DNA of 64,000 nucleotides, from NCBI GenBank assembly GCA_036172245.1, contig JAYWIR010000020.1, positions 496,001 through 560,000 on the forward strand, read 5' to 3'. The translations under genes and the position numbers were made by a program. Below are positions 50,313 to 63,032 of this stretch, piece after piece. The notes beneath the pieces were generated by a model, which was given only the letters and a program-made list of their open reading frames with translations, was not told the origin of the DNA and did not search any database. The DNA comes from Raillietiella orientalis (taxonomy: Eukaryota). Every line of letters begins with the position of its first letter. Within the stretch, counting starts at the first letter, position 1.

Positions 50313-50609
50313 GGGTTTTCGATCGCAATGGAAAGGACATTTCGGCACAACTGCCACTTACAAACGTGCTATCTGGCTGCAAATGTTTTGCGAAGCTCAC
50401 GAAATGATTCCCCCTTCCTCCGAGCAATAAACTGAGTGGGTTTAATGGAACAGTAACGTGACGACCTATCTCGGGTAGTACCACTACCTGCAAAGTCATT
50501 AATGAACTGACATTGTCAAATCGTTCTTAAATATATATACATGTGCACACAGAGATAGGAGCAAACACACGCCCGTATGAAGGTGATGGAAGGATTGGTC
50601 GTATAGGAT

Positions 50610-50955
50610 CTGTTCGGGATGATTCTGTCCTCCCGATTTCTGATGAACACAGATCCACCCAATCAATAGCCAAAGATCGGCGCTGTTGATTCGATTCTCT
50701 TTTGCTTTTTTGTTTTCTATGATGGAAGGTCGAGATGCGGCTCAAGAACCTTCAGTGGAGCAGCGAATTGAAAGGATGCCAAGATTCCAGGTACGGCAGG
50801 GGAGGAACCTGATGATCAGAAATAGGGAAAGGACGTCATAATGGGACGATTGCACGGAAAGCGCCAATAGGTGACCGAAGGATCGCCTACCCACAAGGAA
50901 TCTTGACTCGTGAGTGAGTCTGCAAGAATGTGATTGGAAATTCCTGCTGCTCTGA
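50610..50955 (-). repeat. Dispersed repeat, inverted copy of 57005-57340
   Basis: Shared blocks include ggcgctttccgtgcaatcgtcccattatgacgtcctttccctatttctgat. Both ORF-track peptides contain HLLALSVQSSHYDVLSLFLIIRFLP. Confidence 0.9.
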
Positions 50956-51959
50956 GTAGCTGGCAATGGACGAACTTGACAACTCCATTTATCTCAGTTT
51001 AACGTGTATCATGAGGGAATGAAGTGCAAACTGAGCTTGGCTTTATCCCGAAAATGGACGAACACTAATTTGGTGCATGCCAAAATCTCTGCCTTCCAAG
51101 TGAGGGTAAATAGTGGAAGGATCTATGGGAGTTGGTTTCTTTTTACCTCGAGCTTGATTACTCACTACAGGATCTCATGAATACGTATGGAAAAATCAAT
51201 ATCACTCACACAGAACACCCGGAGGGACCGAGACGCAAATTGCTCCTTCCTGGCCTCGAACGGGAAAAAAAGTTCAGTTTCGGAAAAAAAAGAAAAAAAA
51301 GTTGTGTATCACATCCACAAAGTGCGAGATTTCCTCGATTTCCGGCTATGATTTTTCTACGTTGATGACTCATTTTCCCTTCTTCTTTCCAAAGTATTCC
51401 GGGCTTTGGTTGGGATTTCGTCTGCTGAGACTCGGAGGCGATAGCAGGCGTGTTCTGATGATGAGACACGGGCGCTGTAGCTTCTCCGACACCTCCACGG
51501 TAGTTTCCAGCTAGTGGTTTCCCCAGCTGCCAGATATTGCATAAAAGAATTCGATAAAGCCGCCCGGCAAATTGCCTCGTGCGAAATTCCAGGCGTTTCT
51601 ACTTAAATCTGTGGTCTGACTGATGAGTGCCCAGCTGAAGGTGGCCGCTGAGCGGGCATTGCTCATCACGTGAGAAATCTGCATTCGTGCAGTCGGGATC
51701 TCGTCAGTTTTTGTCGCAGGCGAGCCGCAGCTTTTGATCCTCTGATCATCTCAAGGAGAAACAGTAACTTCGCAGAAATTCTTCTGGGCGATTTTCTCAT
51801 GCCAGGGGCATCCACTTCTAATCAATCACTTATCCATCTTCCAATCACTCCAATCATTTTCCTGCTTCTTTCAAGGAAAATGACGTTCCTTGTGCCTGTT
51901 TCCGTGTCTTTGGCATTTTTTTTACTGCGCATAGACGCTTCCGCAGTGTCAGGCGAGAA

Positions 51960-53600
51960 TAATAATCCTTGATTTTGCATGTGCTCCTCTTTGTGTCATT
52001 TTCCATTTCCCCAAGTCCGATAAGCTGTGGGAATGAATTTATTGACCAAAATTTTACATTTCACTGCTGTACTTCTGGTAGAAGATGCACCCCAAATTGC
52101 AAGTTCCTGATTTCTGGTGTGGTCGACGGGAAGGAGACTAGCGAGGATTACAGAGACTTCTTGTTCTTTTTCTGCCTGGAAGAAGTCCACCTTCTGTTCC
52201 TAGCAGATTTTTCCTTACTTGTGTTACCTCCCGACTCGGTAGAGTCTGTTGATTGTTCTTTTTCCTGCTTCTTTAGATATTTTGCCCTTTTTATTTTCCT
52301 CACCGCAGGCGGATTTGTTTTTACCGCCTCGAGAACTTGCTTCTCCTGTTTCTTGGTGAAGTACGGACAAACCGCTTCCTCATATTCAGCGTTTAGACAT
52401 TGCTTGTCTTCCTCTGTCAGCCGGTATTCGCCACGCTTGAACTTCGCGATCTTTTGCTTCCATTCCGCGGCTTTCCACTATCTCTACCGGGAGCGGAGGA
52501 AATTCTTCCACGGCCACCTGCTTCGTTTCCTTTTGGCGCTTCTTCCTCTACTGCTGCTGCTGTTCTAGGAGGGTTGTGTCGCTGACTCTGGATAGGGGAG
52601 GAGTTCCGCATGCTGCTCCGCCTGCCTCCTCTTCGCTTCCATTTCGGGGAGCAGTAGCATTCCTCGGGCCTCGAGCCAGTCGGAGTACTTCTCGCACTCC
52701 TTCTTCAGATGTTCCGACATTTTGTAGTGATAACACTGCGAGGACCTGGAACAGTCCTTTATAAATTGGCCGATTTGACCGCACGTAAAGCATCGCGCTT
52801 TGGGGCAGGCGTCCATACGGTGGCCGAACTCCTTGAACCCCGTGCAAAAGGTGGACCGCAGGCGGTACTGCATACCTGCACTTCCTGTGAGTGCTCGTCC
52901 ATGGCGACGATTCCAAGATCTTCGCACCGGGGAACAGCTTCATCGGCACCATGGCCTCGATGAGATTGCGGAATGCAACCTTCTTGACTTCACCGTATTG
53001 GGAAAAAGACTCTCACACGTCTTCCTAGTTGGTGCCGCAGTGTACATTGGTCAGGTAGAGTGGGGTGGTTGACAGTTTTGACAGTTCTGCCAGTGCATGC
53101 AGCTGCCTCCCGTTGAGGACGATGCCCTGCTCCATGAGGGCCTCCTGCAGCTCCTTGTCCACGGCGTACACGGTAAGACGGCTTGCCGACGGAGCAGTGG
53201 CTTTAATTTTTTGAAATTCGACGTTCTCTTTGTGAAATACCACGTAGATGTCTCGCACGTTGGCGAGTCGCAACATTCCCGTTCGGAACATGATTCCTTT
53301 GACTTTCTGTTCAAATTCCCATACGGGCTTCTTCACTCGTTCAGTTTCGAAGATGGCGGACTCCGTTGGTCTCTCCATTGTGGCGGCCTTCTTCATTGCT
53401 GGCCGCGGCGGCTGAGGCGGCGTCGTTGCCAACGAGGGCAAGGTTCCCCCATTGGAGACGTCCGGCTGGCAAACCTCCATGGACGCGGGGTCGTCTTGGG
53501 ACTCTCTCTCGAACTGACGCCACTGGTAGGTTTTCCGCACTTCTGGTCCGTCTCCTGGGGCAATCCAAAACATGAAATCCAAAAAAGAGACGCTTCTCGA
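51960..53600 (-). pseudogene. L1/Tx1-clade ORF1, disrupted
   Basis: An RRM-like segment (...LQEALMEQGIVLNGRQL...LYLTNV) is followed by three knuckles: FCTGFKEFGHRMDAC, RCFTCGQIGQFIKDC and QCYHYKMSEHLKKEC+KYSDWL (compare KHKDWL at 22010). A K/E-rich tail follows. Confidence 0.85.
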
Positions 53601-54699
53601 ACTACTTTCCCTGGTTTGTTTTGACCAACATCACCTCGAAGCCAGGTAAGTATAAGTTCCATAGTAGCGACGTCCATTGCCACCAGTTCATAGATTCCAT
53701 AAGCTGAGGAACACACGCAGAATGCTCAGCGGCATCTTATAGTGTCAGGTTTCATAGCTCTGAGGGATTCTCCAGCTGTTTTCGAAGCAGAGAACCTTGA
53801 GTGCATCACATAAGACAGAGGCATCTCTTTGACGCCGAGGGAAGTTTCTAGCTGGAATTATCCTCGAATAGGAATTCGCAGCAAATCTGAAATTAAAGGA
53901 TCACCTAGAAGAGACTGCCGTTTTATCTAGAAATTCACATTCATCTTCGGCGCAGAAGTTTTCCCAGAAAATTTCGAACCTCGGAATGCCCATTTATCAA
54001 ACGATCAACCAGTATGGGAAAGCAAATCGAAGTTTTAATGAGACTCGGAAAAAATCTGATGCCTCGTACGTGGAAATCTTTGGTGCATGATCGGCACCTG
54101 GTGATTGCGATCAAAACGAGAAGTTCAGGAAGCATTAAAACTCTTCGTCGCGGTTTCACTAGCGATTCTTTTGGGCTTGGGAGGCTCACTCATATCCTAG
54201 CAACTTCCGAGCTTCTCAACGTGAGAGCTCACTTTGTGGCTTCCTGACCGTAAGACGCGTGTGAAGCTGCGAGTCGTGCTGAAATTAGCGAAAAGGCATC
54301 CAGCAATTCTGAACTCTGAATTTTTTCGGAAGCCAATGAACCAATGTTGATGGCAAATTCTCACCTTCTCCGTTTCAGGAGAGAAAAAGAGAATAAAGGA
54401 GATTCTACTTGGCAAATTCATGGCGATCTCATCACGAAACGATGCAAGTTGCAAGGGAACGGAGTCGCATCGAAAGAGATGAGAGTTTGTTGGCATGCTA
54501 TAGACTTGAAGTGAAACTTCTGTTCTCCTGAAGGTGAGTGCAGACAACATGCACCCGCTTGGATGGCAGCATCATACAGAGATCTTCCCAATTTTTTCAT
54601 TGATACTGCAGAATCTAGTCTGCCATGTTCTGCTTTGAAGTCGTGATTCTCAGATCAAGAAGATACTCATGACAGTCGGCAAAGATTGCTTCGGTTCTG

Positions 54700-57450
54700 A
54701 GTTTCGATGGTGAAAACTGATGCGCCAGAAAATCTATTACATTCGATCTCCTTCGATCGAAAGATCGCTGCTAGCAGTCAGAGATGTTGAGGAAAAAACT
54801 TTAAGTGTCTTCAGTTTGTAGAGAACAGTTCTTTTGGAAAAGATGAGTAATCTTTTTTGTCTTCAAGAGCATCGCTAACGATGGAGGAATTCTGCTGCCA
54901 GAGGGAACATATGGAAGCTACAGGTCGTCTTCCTCAAGGAAGATGTCGATCAAACAATGTGCTCAGCTCTAGCTCACCGTTATTTGGCAAAAGTTGTTAC
55001 TGTACGCAACCATGAAGAAGAAGTTCGCATCGAGTATCCGGCGATCTTCAGCGTAGTCAGGCGTGAAATTCCCTGATGGAAAATCTCAGGGGCCATGGAA
55101 AAGCCATGTCAAGTGTCAGTTTTCAAAGGAGCTCGAGATATTTCCTCACTCCAGGGAAACACATCCTATTTTTAGATTACAGATTCACTCGTGCTTCCCG
55201 GTTAGCGTCTTCCCGGTCAGTGAGATTGTATTTCGGAAGCAAGATCGCAACTTGCGACATCGCAGAAGACGTCCAGCTTGGGATGAGACATTACCCTATG
55301 AGTTAAATCATTGCTTGGCACTGAGCAAGAAGGAAAAAGCGCTGGACTCATTCTGGAGCTTTGCTTTCCCTTTTCCTCAAGCATGCTGTCAGGAGTTCTT
55401 GAGAAAGAAAAAAGAGCAAACACAGTGTAAATGTCACCTTCTTATCGATTGCAGATGTTCAAGAGGCGGTCATGACACGCATAGTGGACACCAAAGAGAA
55501 GAGAAGTGATGGAGAACTAGAGATCCCGCAGCGTTGCTTGGATACCATGAGACACCCTCACGGTTTCCTCAAGCATCCAGCAGAGTCGCGATGTGTACTC
55601 GTATGTTGGAGCATTCTCCTGATGGAGGAATGGTGCAAAATTCGCATTCGCTTCGAAGAGTTAGTACCACCTGCCGCAGATGTGTACAAAGGATTTCTGG
55701 AAACGGTACAATGATTCCTTGAAGACTGCATACACATATCCTGGCGGACAGGATAAGAGAGTGTTTAAGAACACGAAGATAGGTCATGTAATCCTCCGAT
55801 CATCAAGTGAGAATCCTCCTCTTGTGCCTGTGGGCGAATATCTTTTACAGAGCTCGGCGATTACTGACCGGCATGTGGCAGGCGATGTCCATTATCGGAT
55901 CAGTGAAAGTCACCGAGCATTCCGCGCAAAGCAGTCTAGAGCATGTGAACCATCGGATACTTAGAAGGAAGCTGAAGTTTCTTCCTGGAAGATCTATGAT
56001 GGATATCCCAGAAGTCCGGGAAAATGCTGGAGAGAGCTCTCTAGCCAAATGTGTCAACAAGAGCAATAAGATCGTTTCACGCATACAAAGCAGACGGTAA
56101 AATTCTATAATGAAGAAGTGCACGTGAGGATGTTAAAAGATGAAAATTTAATATTGCGAAATACCACGTGCCTCCGTGATAAATCAGCAGCGGAGCAATC
56201 TTTGTAAATTAAATGTAATTTTCTGGAAACGCGTGGCACGGTTCCATTTTCCAGGCTATTTCACGTTTGTGAATGACCGGTTTCGTGTTTCTGGGCTGCG
56301 TGGTGATCTGAGTGTGGTCGAAGGATGCTCTCGATGCGCAGGCGCAAGATTCGTTTCTCTCTGTTCGAAAGGCAAGAGCGAAGGCAAGAAGAAATTTCTC
56401 CGCAGCTTCGCATTTTTCGAAGAACCTATGCATTTTCTCAGCGCTCTCGGACCATTTCATCTTCGCTGCCGTCAAAGTACGAGCAAAACTGCCCCGACTG
56501 TATTTGGTTGACCGTAGGACAGTCTTTGGGAGAGGATTTAATTAAGGTCCCTCGGCAATACAAGGCACATGTCCGGCGCCCGGCAAGTTATTAGGGCACG
56601 AAATACAGGGAACACCGCATTTTTGTTTGGCACGATTCGAGCTGTTTGTACGTTGTTTGTTTTTTAGCATCGGAACTTCGCTGTCTACTTCATCGGTTCA
56701 GCCAGTAATCGGAATGCTTTTGCCTTTCACGGAACAGGGAGGAAAGGGTGCAGAAAACAAGTCAGGAAGCTGGTTTGAAAGAATGATTCCCAGGCCTGGT
56801 TTGGGGGTTCACTAGAGAAGCCATGCAGCCTGCAAGGCTCCTTCGGCAAATGGCATTCGAAATTTTTCTCATTTTTCCGTTCCTCAGTGATCCTTCTTCC
56901 GAATAAAACCTCTTCCGCTGTGATGACCACATCCAATTCTGAGAGGAAAACTTCCACGAAAATGCAAAAATGTGGAAACACTGAATCGGCTTTTTGTAGA
57001 GGCCACTGGGCAGCAGGAATTCCAATCAAATTCTTGCAGTCATACCAGCGAGTCAAACCACTATGGTCTAGATCTTCTCGTCACTTACTGGCGCTTTCCG
57101 TGCAATCGTCCCATTATGACGTCCTTTCCCTATTTCTGATTATCAGGTTCCTCCCCGGCCGTACCTTTATTCTTAACATCCTTTCAATGCGCTGCTTCAC
57201 TGAAAGTTCTTGAGCCACATCTCGACCTTCCATCACAGAAAACAAAAAAGCAAAAGAAAATCAAATCACGAGTGCCGATCTTTGGTTATCAACTAGGTGA
57301 ATCTGTGTTCATCAGAGATGACAGAATCATCCTGAACATTTCCAACGAATGTTTGCTCATTTAAGGAATCTTCGACACGTCTGGGGAATCCGGAATTCAG
57401 TTCAGTGGAGACTTCCATGGAAGACCATTAGGTCGAGTGAATCCAAAATT
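54700..57450 (+). mobile_element. Decayed CRE-like RLE non-LTR retrotransposon
   Basis: Weak colinear motifs: KFPDGKSQGP (~55065), VQLGM (~55270), RCLDT (~55533, YLDD-like), FQAISRL..TGF (~56250) and VETS (~57405). The paralogous 50610-50955 copy reads EPHL...RSLAIDWV, which is RLE-like. Confidence 0.35.
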
Positions 57451-57619
57451 TCCTAATCATAATAAGTGATTAATAAGAGAAAAGGTAGAGTCATTTCATT
57501 AATCATTGCGCGGAAGAGAAGTGAAGAGTAATGATGTCGTCGCTCTTCTGCGACTGTTCTTTAAGCAATTTCGCAAGCACCTGCACACACTGAGCACGAT
57601 ACAAGTAGGTCTCTGGTGA

Positions 57620-57880
57620 TGCGGTGCCTCGCCCAGAGGGCGTGCGTGCAAAACCACCCGGAGCAGTGGCTGCAGCTGCCTCTGACTTTGGTGCACTGCT
57701 GGTTTCTGGCAACGGCGGCCTTCTATCCCGGAAACGTGGCCCTCCCTTGCATCCTGCAGCTCGGTTTTTGAGACGCGCCTTTCGTGCAGGTGCACTCGCC
57801 GGTGCCAGAGATGCCCTCGCACTTCCAGGAAAAGAAGCATCCAGTGGCCGAAAAACCAATCCAAACCGTGTACGAGCTTT
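57620..57880 (-). pseudogene. Possible decayed EGF/laminin-EGF repeat exon
   Basis: Frameshifted Cys/Gly-rich peptides: WFFGH, CEGISGTGECTCTKG, GIEGRRCQ, CTKVRGSCSHCSGWFC. Confidence 0.35.
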
Positions 57881-59149
57881 CGTGAAGGCAGTCAGAGGAA
57901 CGTCGGCCGTGAGCAGAAAGCCTCTCGCGCGCTCTCTGCCTTCGATTAAACAAAGCTATTAATCACGGGTGCACCTGAAGCGAGACCTCTTAAGGAACCC
58001 TAAAGAATGAAGTAAACGGCAAAACTGCCGACGGTGCTTCCCTGAAAGATGAAATTTTCATGAAGGACCTTTTCCCAGAGTGCCTGAAATGCAAAAGGGA
58101 ACACTCCCCACACCAAAGGGCTTGACTCGCAATGCCGGCGTAGCTTAGCATTCCTCTGGACGTAGAGAAGGAAAAGTGGAAAGCATCAGCAAGGCTTTAT
58201 AGATAAGCCAGATTTCGCTCTTCTCTCGACGTAGTGCGATGATTTTCAAATGCCAAGCGTCGAGGAAATTCCAATGCAATCACTCTAATCCATCGGTGAT
58301 CCCAAGGCATCGTCTATGGATCTCGGGAATCTGACTTTAGAACGGTACGTTAAATGGTGATTTGAATCAGAAAGAACGCCGCCTCCTCGGTCGCTTGCTT
58401 GATGGATGTCCAAACAGCAGTAGTTTCTGGAAATCAATAAGAGTTTTACGAGACCATCGTCAGCAGCGCATTCGCTGCGGAAGCTGGGACAACTACCAGC
58501 AGAGGGAGAGGGTGCCATCGCTGCTGCCAATACTGGGCGGCGCGGAAGGAACGCAGAGTCGCGTCAAGAGTTCAGCACCAGGACTTGGGATCATTGAGCG
58601 GTCCTTCCGACGAGGTTGGTTCACATTTGATAGCAACTCACACATTCACCACCTGGCCACGTCCTCCAGACTGCTGCTGCCGTTCCTTCCCGCAGCGGGC
58701 AGCTCCCACTACAGGACCACCGTCTCCGCATCTACCAGAAGGAAAATGTGACCGTCGTTTCCTCTTGTACCCACGGCTGAGTGGCAAGATGCTTTGCCTC
58801 TGGCGCCCCGGGCGAGCGGAGCGAGACATCGTTCCGGAGATTCCGCTCAAGCTGTTAGAATCATGTGCAAGATGAAGCCATCCTTTTGGTTGTCCGTTCG
58901 TTCCGGATTATCATGGGTCTGGGGCGATTCTTCTGAGATTGCTATTTTTTTTCTTTTCATCCTTTTCTTTTTTTTTTCTTGAAAGGGTGCTGAATTGTCC
59001 GCACCGTTCCGCAATTGTACGTTTTACGTCACGTTTGCATGTCACGGACATTGAGGATCAGGTTGAGGAGTTCAGCAAGTGTCTTCTCGAAAAATCCTCT
59101 CTCTTTTTCTTGACACACTTCTCCTGAACATGGACACGACTGCGCACAT

Positions 59150-59950
59150 TCTCCCAGAGTGCACGTGTCTGTTTCCGCGGGTACGTTGCGGTTCTTGTTG
59201 AAGGAAAATTGAATGCAGCTTCCGTTTCCAAGCCTCAGTACTCATCTGCCTTTTTTTTCGCTTCTTCCTATTTCCTTTGCCCCCCTTCTCTGTCTCGCTC
59301 TCTTCCCTCTTAGCAGAGATCTTTCTAGATTTCCGAGGTGTAAGCATCTATTTGTTCACGTACTTCAGCACAATCTTCATATCTTCCAAAGAGTTCTGCA
59401 GCTGCCAACCCCAGGACTTCAGTGAACGCCTCCACAGCCCAGCTTGACAGCCGAACTAGCCGAAGGTCCTTTGGGTGCCTCGAAAATCAAACCAAGCAAC
59501 CCGAGGACAAAACCACCGTGCCTTAACGGATCTGTGCTTGTTCGCCTGGTCAGTACATCACCATCACGGCTCCCAGTATGACCACGAGTGCCTCAGGAGT
59601 CTCTTCTGCCCGAAAACGGGCACAAGATGAAAGGGGGACCGCATTCGTGGCCCATAAAGCCAAGGGAACTTTTCGAAAGACGATTTCAAAACTCTGTAAT
59701 CAACAGGTGGAGAGGTGTTACTGAGTGACCTCCACGCACAGTCATGGGTGAACCAGCAAAGTGTCTCGTGAGCGGAACGGATTCAAAGCAAGCTGTGTGC
59801 TGTGTAGCGTGCACCTTGTATTACATTGTTGCACGTATCATGTCCCAGAAAATCAGGACTCTTCAGGGCAGATGACAGGAGTTTTTCGTATTGATTCCCA
59901 GAGTGCCTCCCGTCCGTTTGTGGCCACTTGCAACCGGAAGGAGCGCTTGC
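59150..59950 (-). mobile_element. Possible decayed LINE ORF1 (I/Jockey-type triple knuckle)
   Basis: The minus strand gives GFMGHEC, SSCARF and GCGGVH..GSC in the order expected for gag-like knuckles, followed by a K-rich tail. Confidence 0.3.
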
Positions 59951-60685
59951 TTTCGCTCTGCGATGAAGAATAGGGCAGCAACGGACTCCCACGATCCACT
60001 GTAATGTACTGTTGTCTATTTCGTGCGTATGGCGAGCTGAAGACTACTCACTGAACCTCTAGTTCTCCAATTCGGGTTACTCATGTAACACGATTCGTTT
60101 TTCCCGAATCGATTGCATCACTCTGGAAATCGCATGATTCAGGACCCAGTTAATAATGTGTATTTAACAAACAGAAGCACATCAGAGCATTAGAAGCGAA
60201 GTCATCTGTACACATGCCTGCCAGCGATCTGAAAAATGGTGTAATCAGCGATGATGGGATTATGAAATCACATTTTATAAAGCAAGCGATCTTGCGATAC
60301 CTGTATTTTCCTTGCGTTTTGGCTTTGATGTGGATGCAAATACAGTTGAATCCGTGCGTGATTCAAGACATGCAGTGCCTTTTCAGGATTCCCACTCCAC
60401 ATATGAGGCAGAATTGTGCCAAAATTTCCAATTGGAAACTCTCTCTCCCTCTAAAAGTGCCTCTTTTTTGGACCATAGTTCCAGATGAGCTCGTTTGCGC
60501 TTTTCAACCCTTCGTCCCTATGATGGTTTCCATTCATTTTTTTGTAATTTGCCAGCACCATTAATCGCATTACCATTTCAAATTTGTACAGTGCTTCTAC
60601 CATCCGCAAAAACATGCTCGATGGATATTAAGAAGATGTGGTTTCTTTGATGCTTTTCCACACATCGTGTACGGATTTCTGCGCG

Positions 60686-61089
60686 CTTTTTTTTTTTTTT
60701 TTTAAAGGCCAGTAGCGACCTCACGAGGAGATCGTTACTATAGGCCCAGGACGATGGAAATCCTTGGGTTCTTTTTTTTCTTGTCTTCGCTGTTTTCCCT
60801 CCAGCTTTTTTCTTTTTTTAGAGTTTTCTTTTTTTTGGTTCTCTAAGTACCTCAAGAGCCGGTCGCGTGCCTTGCGGAGCACGTGGCTCTTTAAACACAC
60901 TGTTTAATTTCCACGCCTCTCCCCTGCGATAACCCCGCAGGGGGGCCTGTAATCTTCAGTGTAATTCTTCAGGATAGGGGGCACCCCGGGATGGGTCCGC
61001 CCTATGAATCCAGGAAGAGCTCGGAGTCCGTTCTTCCCACGCTTGGGGAGGGATCCCCCCGGACGGGGAGGATCGCACCTCCCACATTC
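60686..61089 (-). mobile_element. GC-rich poly(A) retroposon, copy 3, 5'-truncated with TSD
   Basis: Poly(T) at 60687-60703. The body is homologous to 32639-33000. The flanking direct repeat ttctgcgcg lies at 60677-60685 and 61090-61098. Confidence 0.9.
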
Positions 61090-61882
61090 TTCTGCGCGTT
61101 TTCCGCACATTTTCATGAAATATTAAAATGCATTGAAATTTGTTTTTGTGGAGAACATCCACTGCTGTACGTACAAAAATTTCGAGAAAACTCACGAGGA
61201 ACACTCGGCATTACCTCAACTGTACTTAATTCCAAGCTGTTGAGAAGAGTATTGGAGGAACGTAATGAGCCTTTTGTAGTAGTAATTACATGATGTTTGA
61301 CAGCACACTTCTGAAAGGGACCAGCATGATACATGAGCAAATTTTTTTCAAATTGTTCCCTCTCGATCTGGAAAACAATTCCTAGGATACAATGGCAAAC
61401 GAGTGTGCAAGAAACGTATCACAGCTGGATCTTCTTAACGTGAGACTTCATTTAGATAGCAAATGCAGTGCTTAGATAACTGGATTGTGAAATTTAGCTC
61501 CTTGTTTACCAGATGGAAAAGCAGTGTTTTCATTTTTCAGAAATTTCCTGTGTGCCACTTTTTTTTTTTTTTCCAGCCTCTAAGTCGGTATAATCAAGGT
61601 CTTTAGTTGACTAGAGTCACGGAGAATGTGGTTACGAGTGCTTTTCACCGTCTATTATCCTCGGCATTAGCTTCGCTTTCCCGCTCTTCAACGTCTCCAG
61701 TTGAAAGAGCTCCTTTTGCAAAATGAAATTTAAAAAATATGAGGGTGCTCCAAAGTTACCCAGAGGTCTCGTTTAATCATTTATCAGCTAACATAGCCGA
61801 AACTTCAAATGACCGGTTGCAATCAAACCTGCATGTGTTTGATGGAAATCCTTCTTTTCTGTCTTCGCAGTTCTTCGGCATG

Positions 61883-62200
61883 GTTCCACGCCACCCGAGG
61901 GTGGGTAATTCCTCAAGATAGGGGGTACCCCGGGAGAGGTACGCCCTATGAATCCAGGAAGAGCTCGGAGTCCGTTCTTCTCACGCCTGGGGAGGAATCC
62001 CCGGAAATGGAGATCACCTCCACCCTGGTTGTCTTCGAAGGGGAATCCAGAAGGGAATCCTCCTTCCTTATTCTCTCTGGAGGACCCCCAGGGGGTCCGC
62101 TCCATTCTTCCTTCTCTGAAGGGAACCTGGAAAGGATCCTATCCTGGAATTTCTTCTCCGGAAGGATCCCCCGCAAGAAATCCGCTCCTGTTTTTACTCC
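61883..62200 (-). repeat. GC-rich retroposon family, copy 4 (internal fragment)
   Basis: ttccacgccaccc and ctcggagtccgttc are shared with copy 2; cgccctatgaatccaggaagagctcggagtccgttctt is shared with copy 3. Confidence 0.85.
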
Positions 62201-62671
62201 TCCAGCTCCTCCTTTAAGCAAGAAATTGGAGCGTATAAAGGGTGGAGTGAAAATTCCCCCTTGCTGAAACCACTCAGGATGTTCAGGATTCCGAAATTTC
62301 ACCACTGCTGTTTAGGAAGAAGAAAAAAAAATATGAGTTGCCAGGTGGATAGAAAAGGAAAATAGTGGGTTGATTTTTCCGTGCGGGTTTCGTACGTTAT
62401 TTCTGGTGGGAAGCTGCGCCGACTGCAACAAGCAATGCGATCTATTTGTAGAGTCACAAAACAACGAAACGGCAATTTCGAAAAGGCTTGCCACTTATGG
62501 ATTCTAAGAATGACGCTTCGTTTGAAACATGGCTTTGAAATCCTTTTCCAGTGCTTGTTCCATCTAAAGAAATTGGATCTGATTGAAAGGAAACTCTCCA
62601 AACTTCCATTAAGCTTTCAAGTTTCATCATTAAACGCCAGATGGCTCGATAAGACTACTCGGCTTCGACTT

Positions 62672-63032
62672 ATACGTACACTCCGATCGAATACCGTACA
62701 CATTATAGTAGAAGAGGGCACGACGTGTTCGTACATAACACCAGGGCATTGTGTAGAGCATTCGTGCAAAATGTGCACAATGATGCATGTGTATGCCACA
62801 TACAGTATACGTACACATATTACCATATGGTATATGGAGATAACGCATGTATATAATGTGTACGGTATTCGATCACTGGCGAATATAATATGCATAGCTT
62901 GATAGCACTTTTGCAGACGTGGAAAACAGGAACAAGAGCACAACTTGGCTCGTGAAAACAAGGAGCTTGATGAGTACACAAAGTACGCTTTGCTGGACGG
63001 CACAAAAGGGCATCATAGTGGAGTGTACGTAT
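62672..63032. repeat. Nested inverted repeats (MITE-like or small inversion)
   Basis: A perfect 23-bp IR pairs 62685-62707 with 62852-62874, and a 13-bp IR pairs 62672-62684 with 63020-63032. Confidence 0.7.

Noticed and set aside
51969..52568. 199-aa hydrophobic, membrane-protein-looking ORF
   Set aside because: It is the antisense of the K/E-rich tail of the minus-strand L1 ORF1.
62381..63003. 173-aa and 128-aa ORFs near the right end
   Set aside because: They overlap AT-rich inverted-repeat DNA and show no recognisable protein features.
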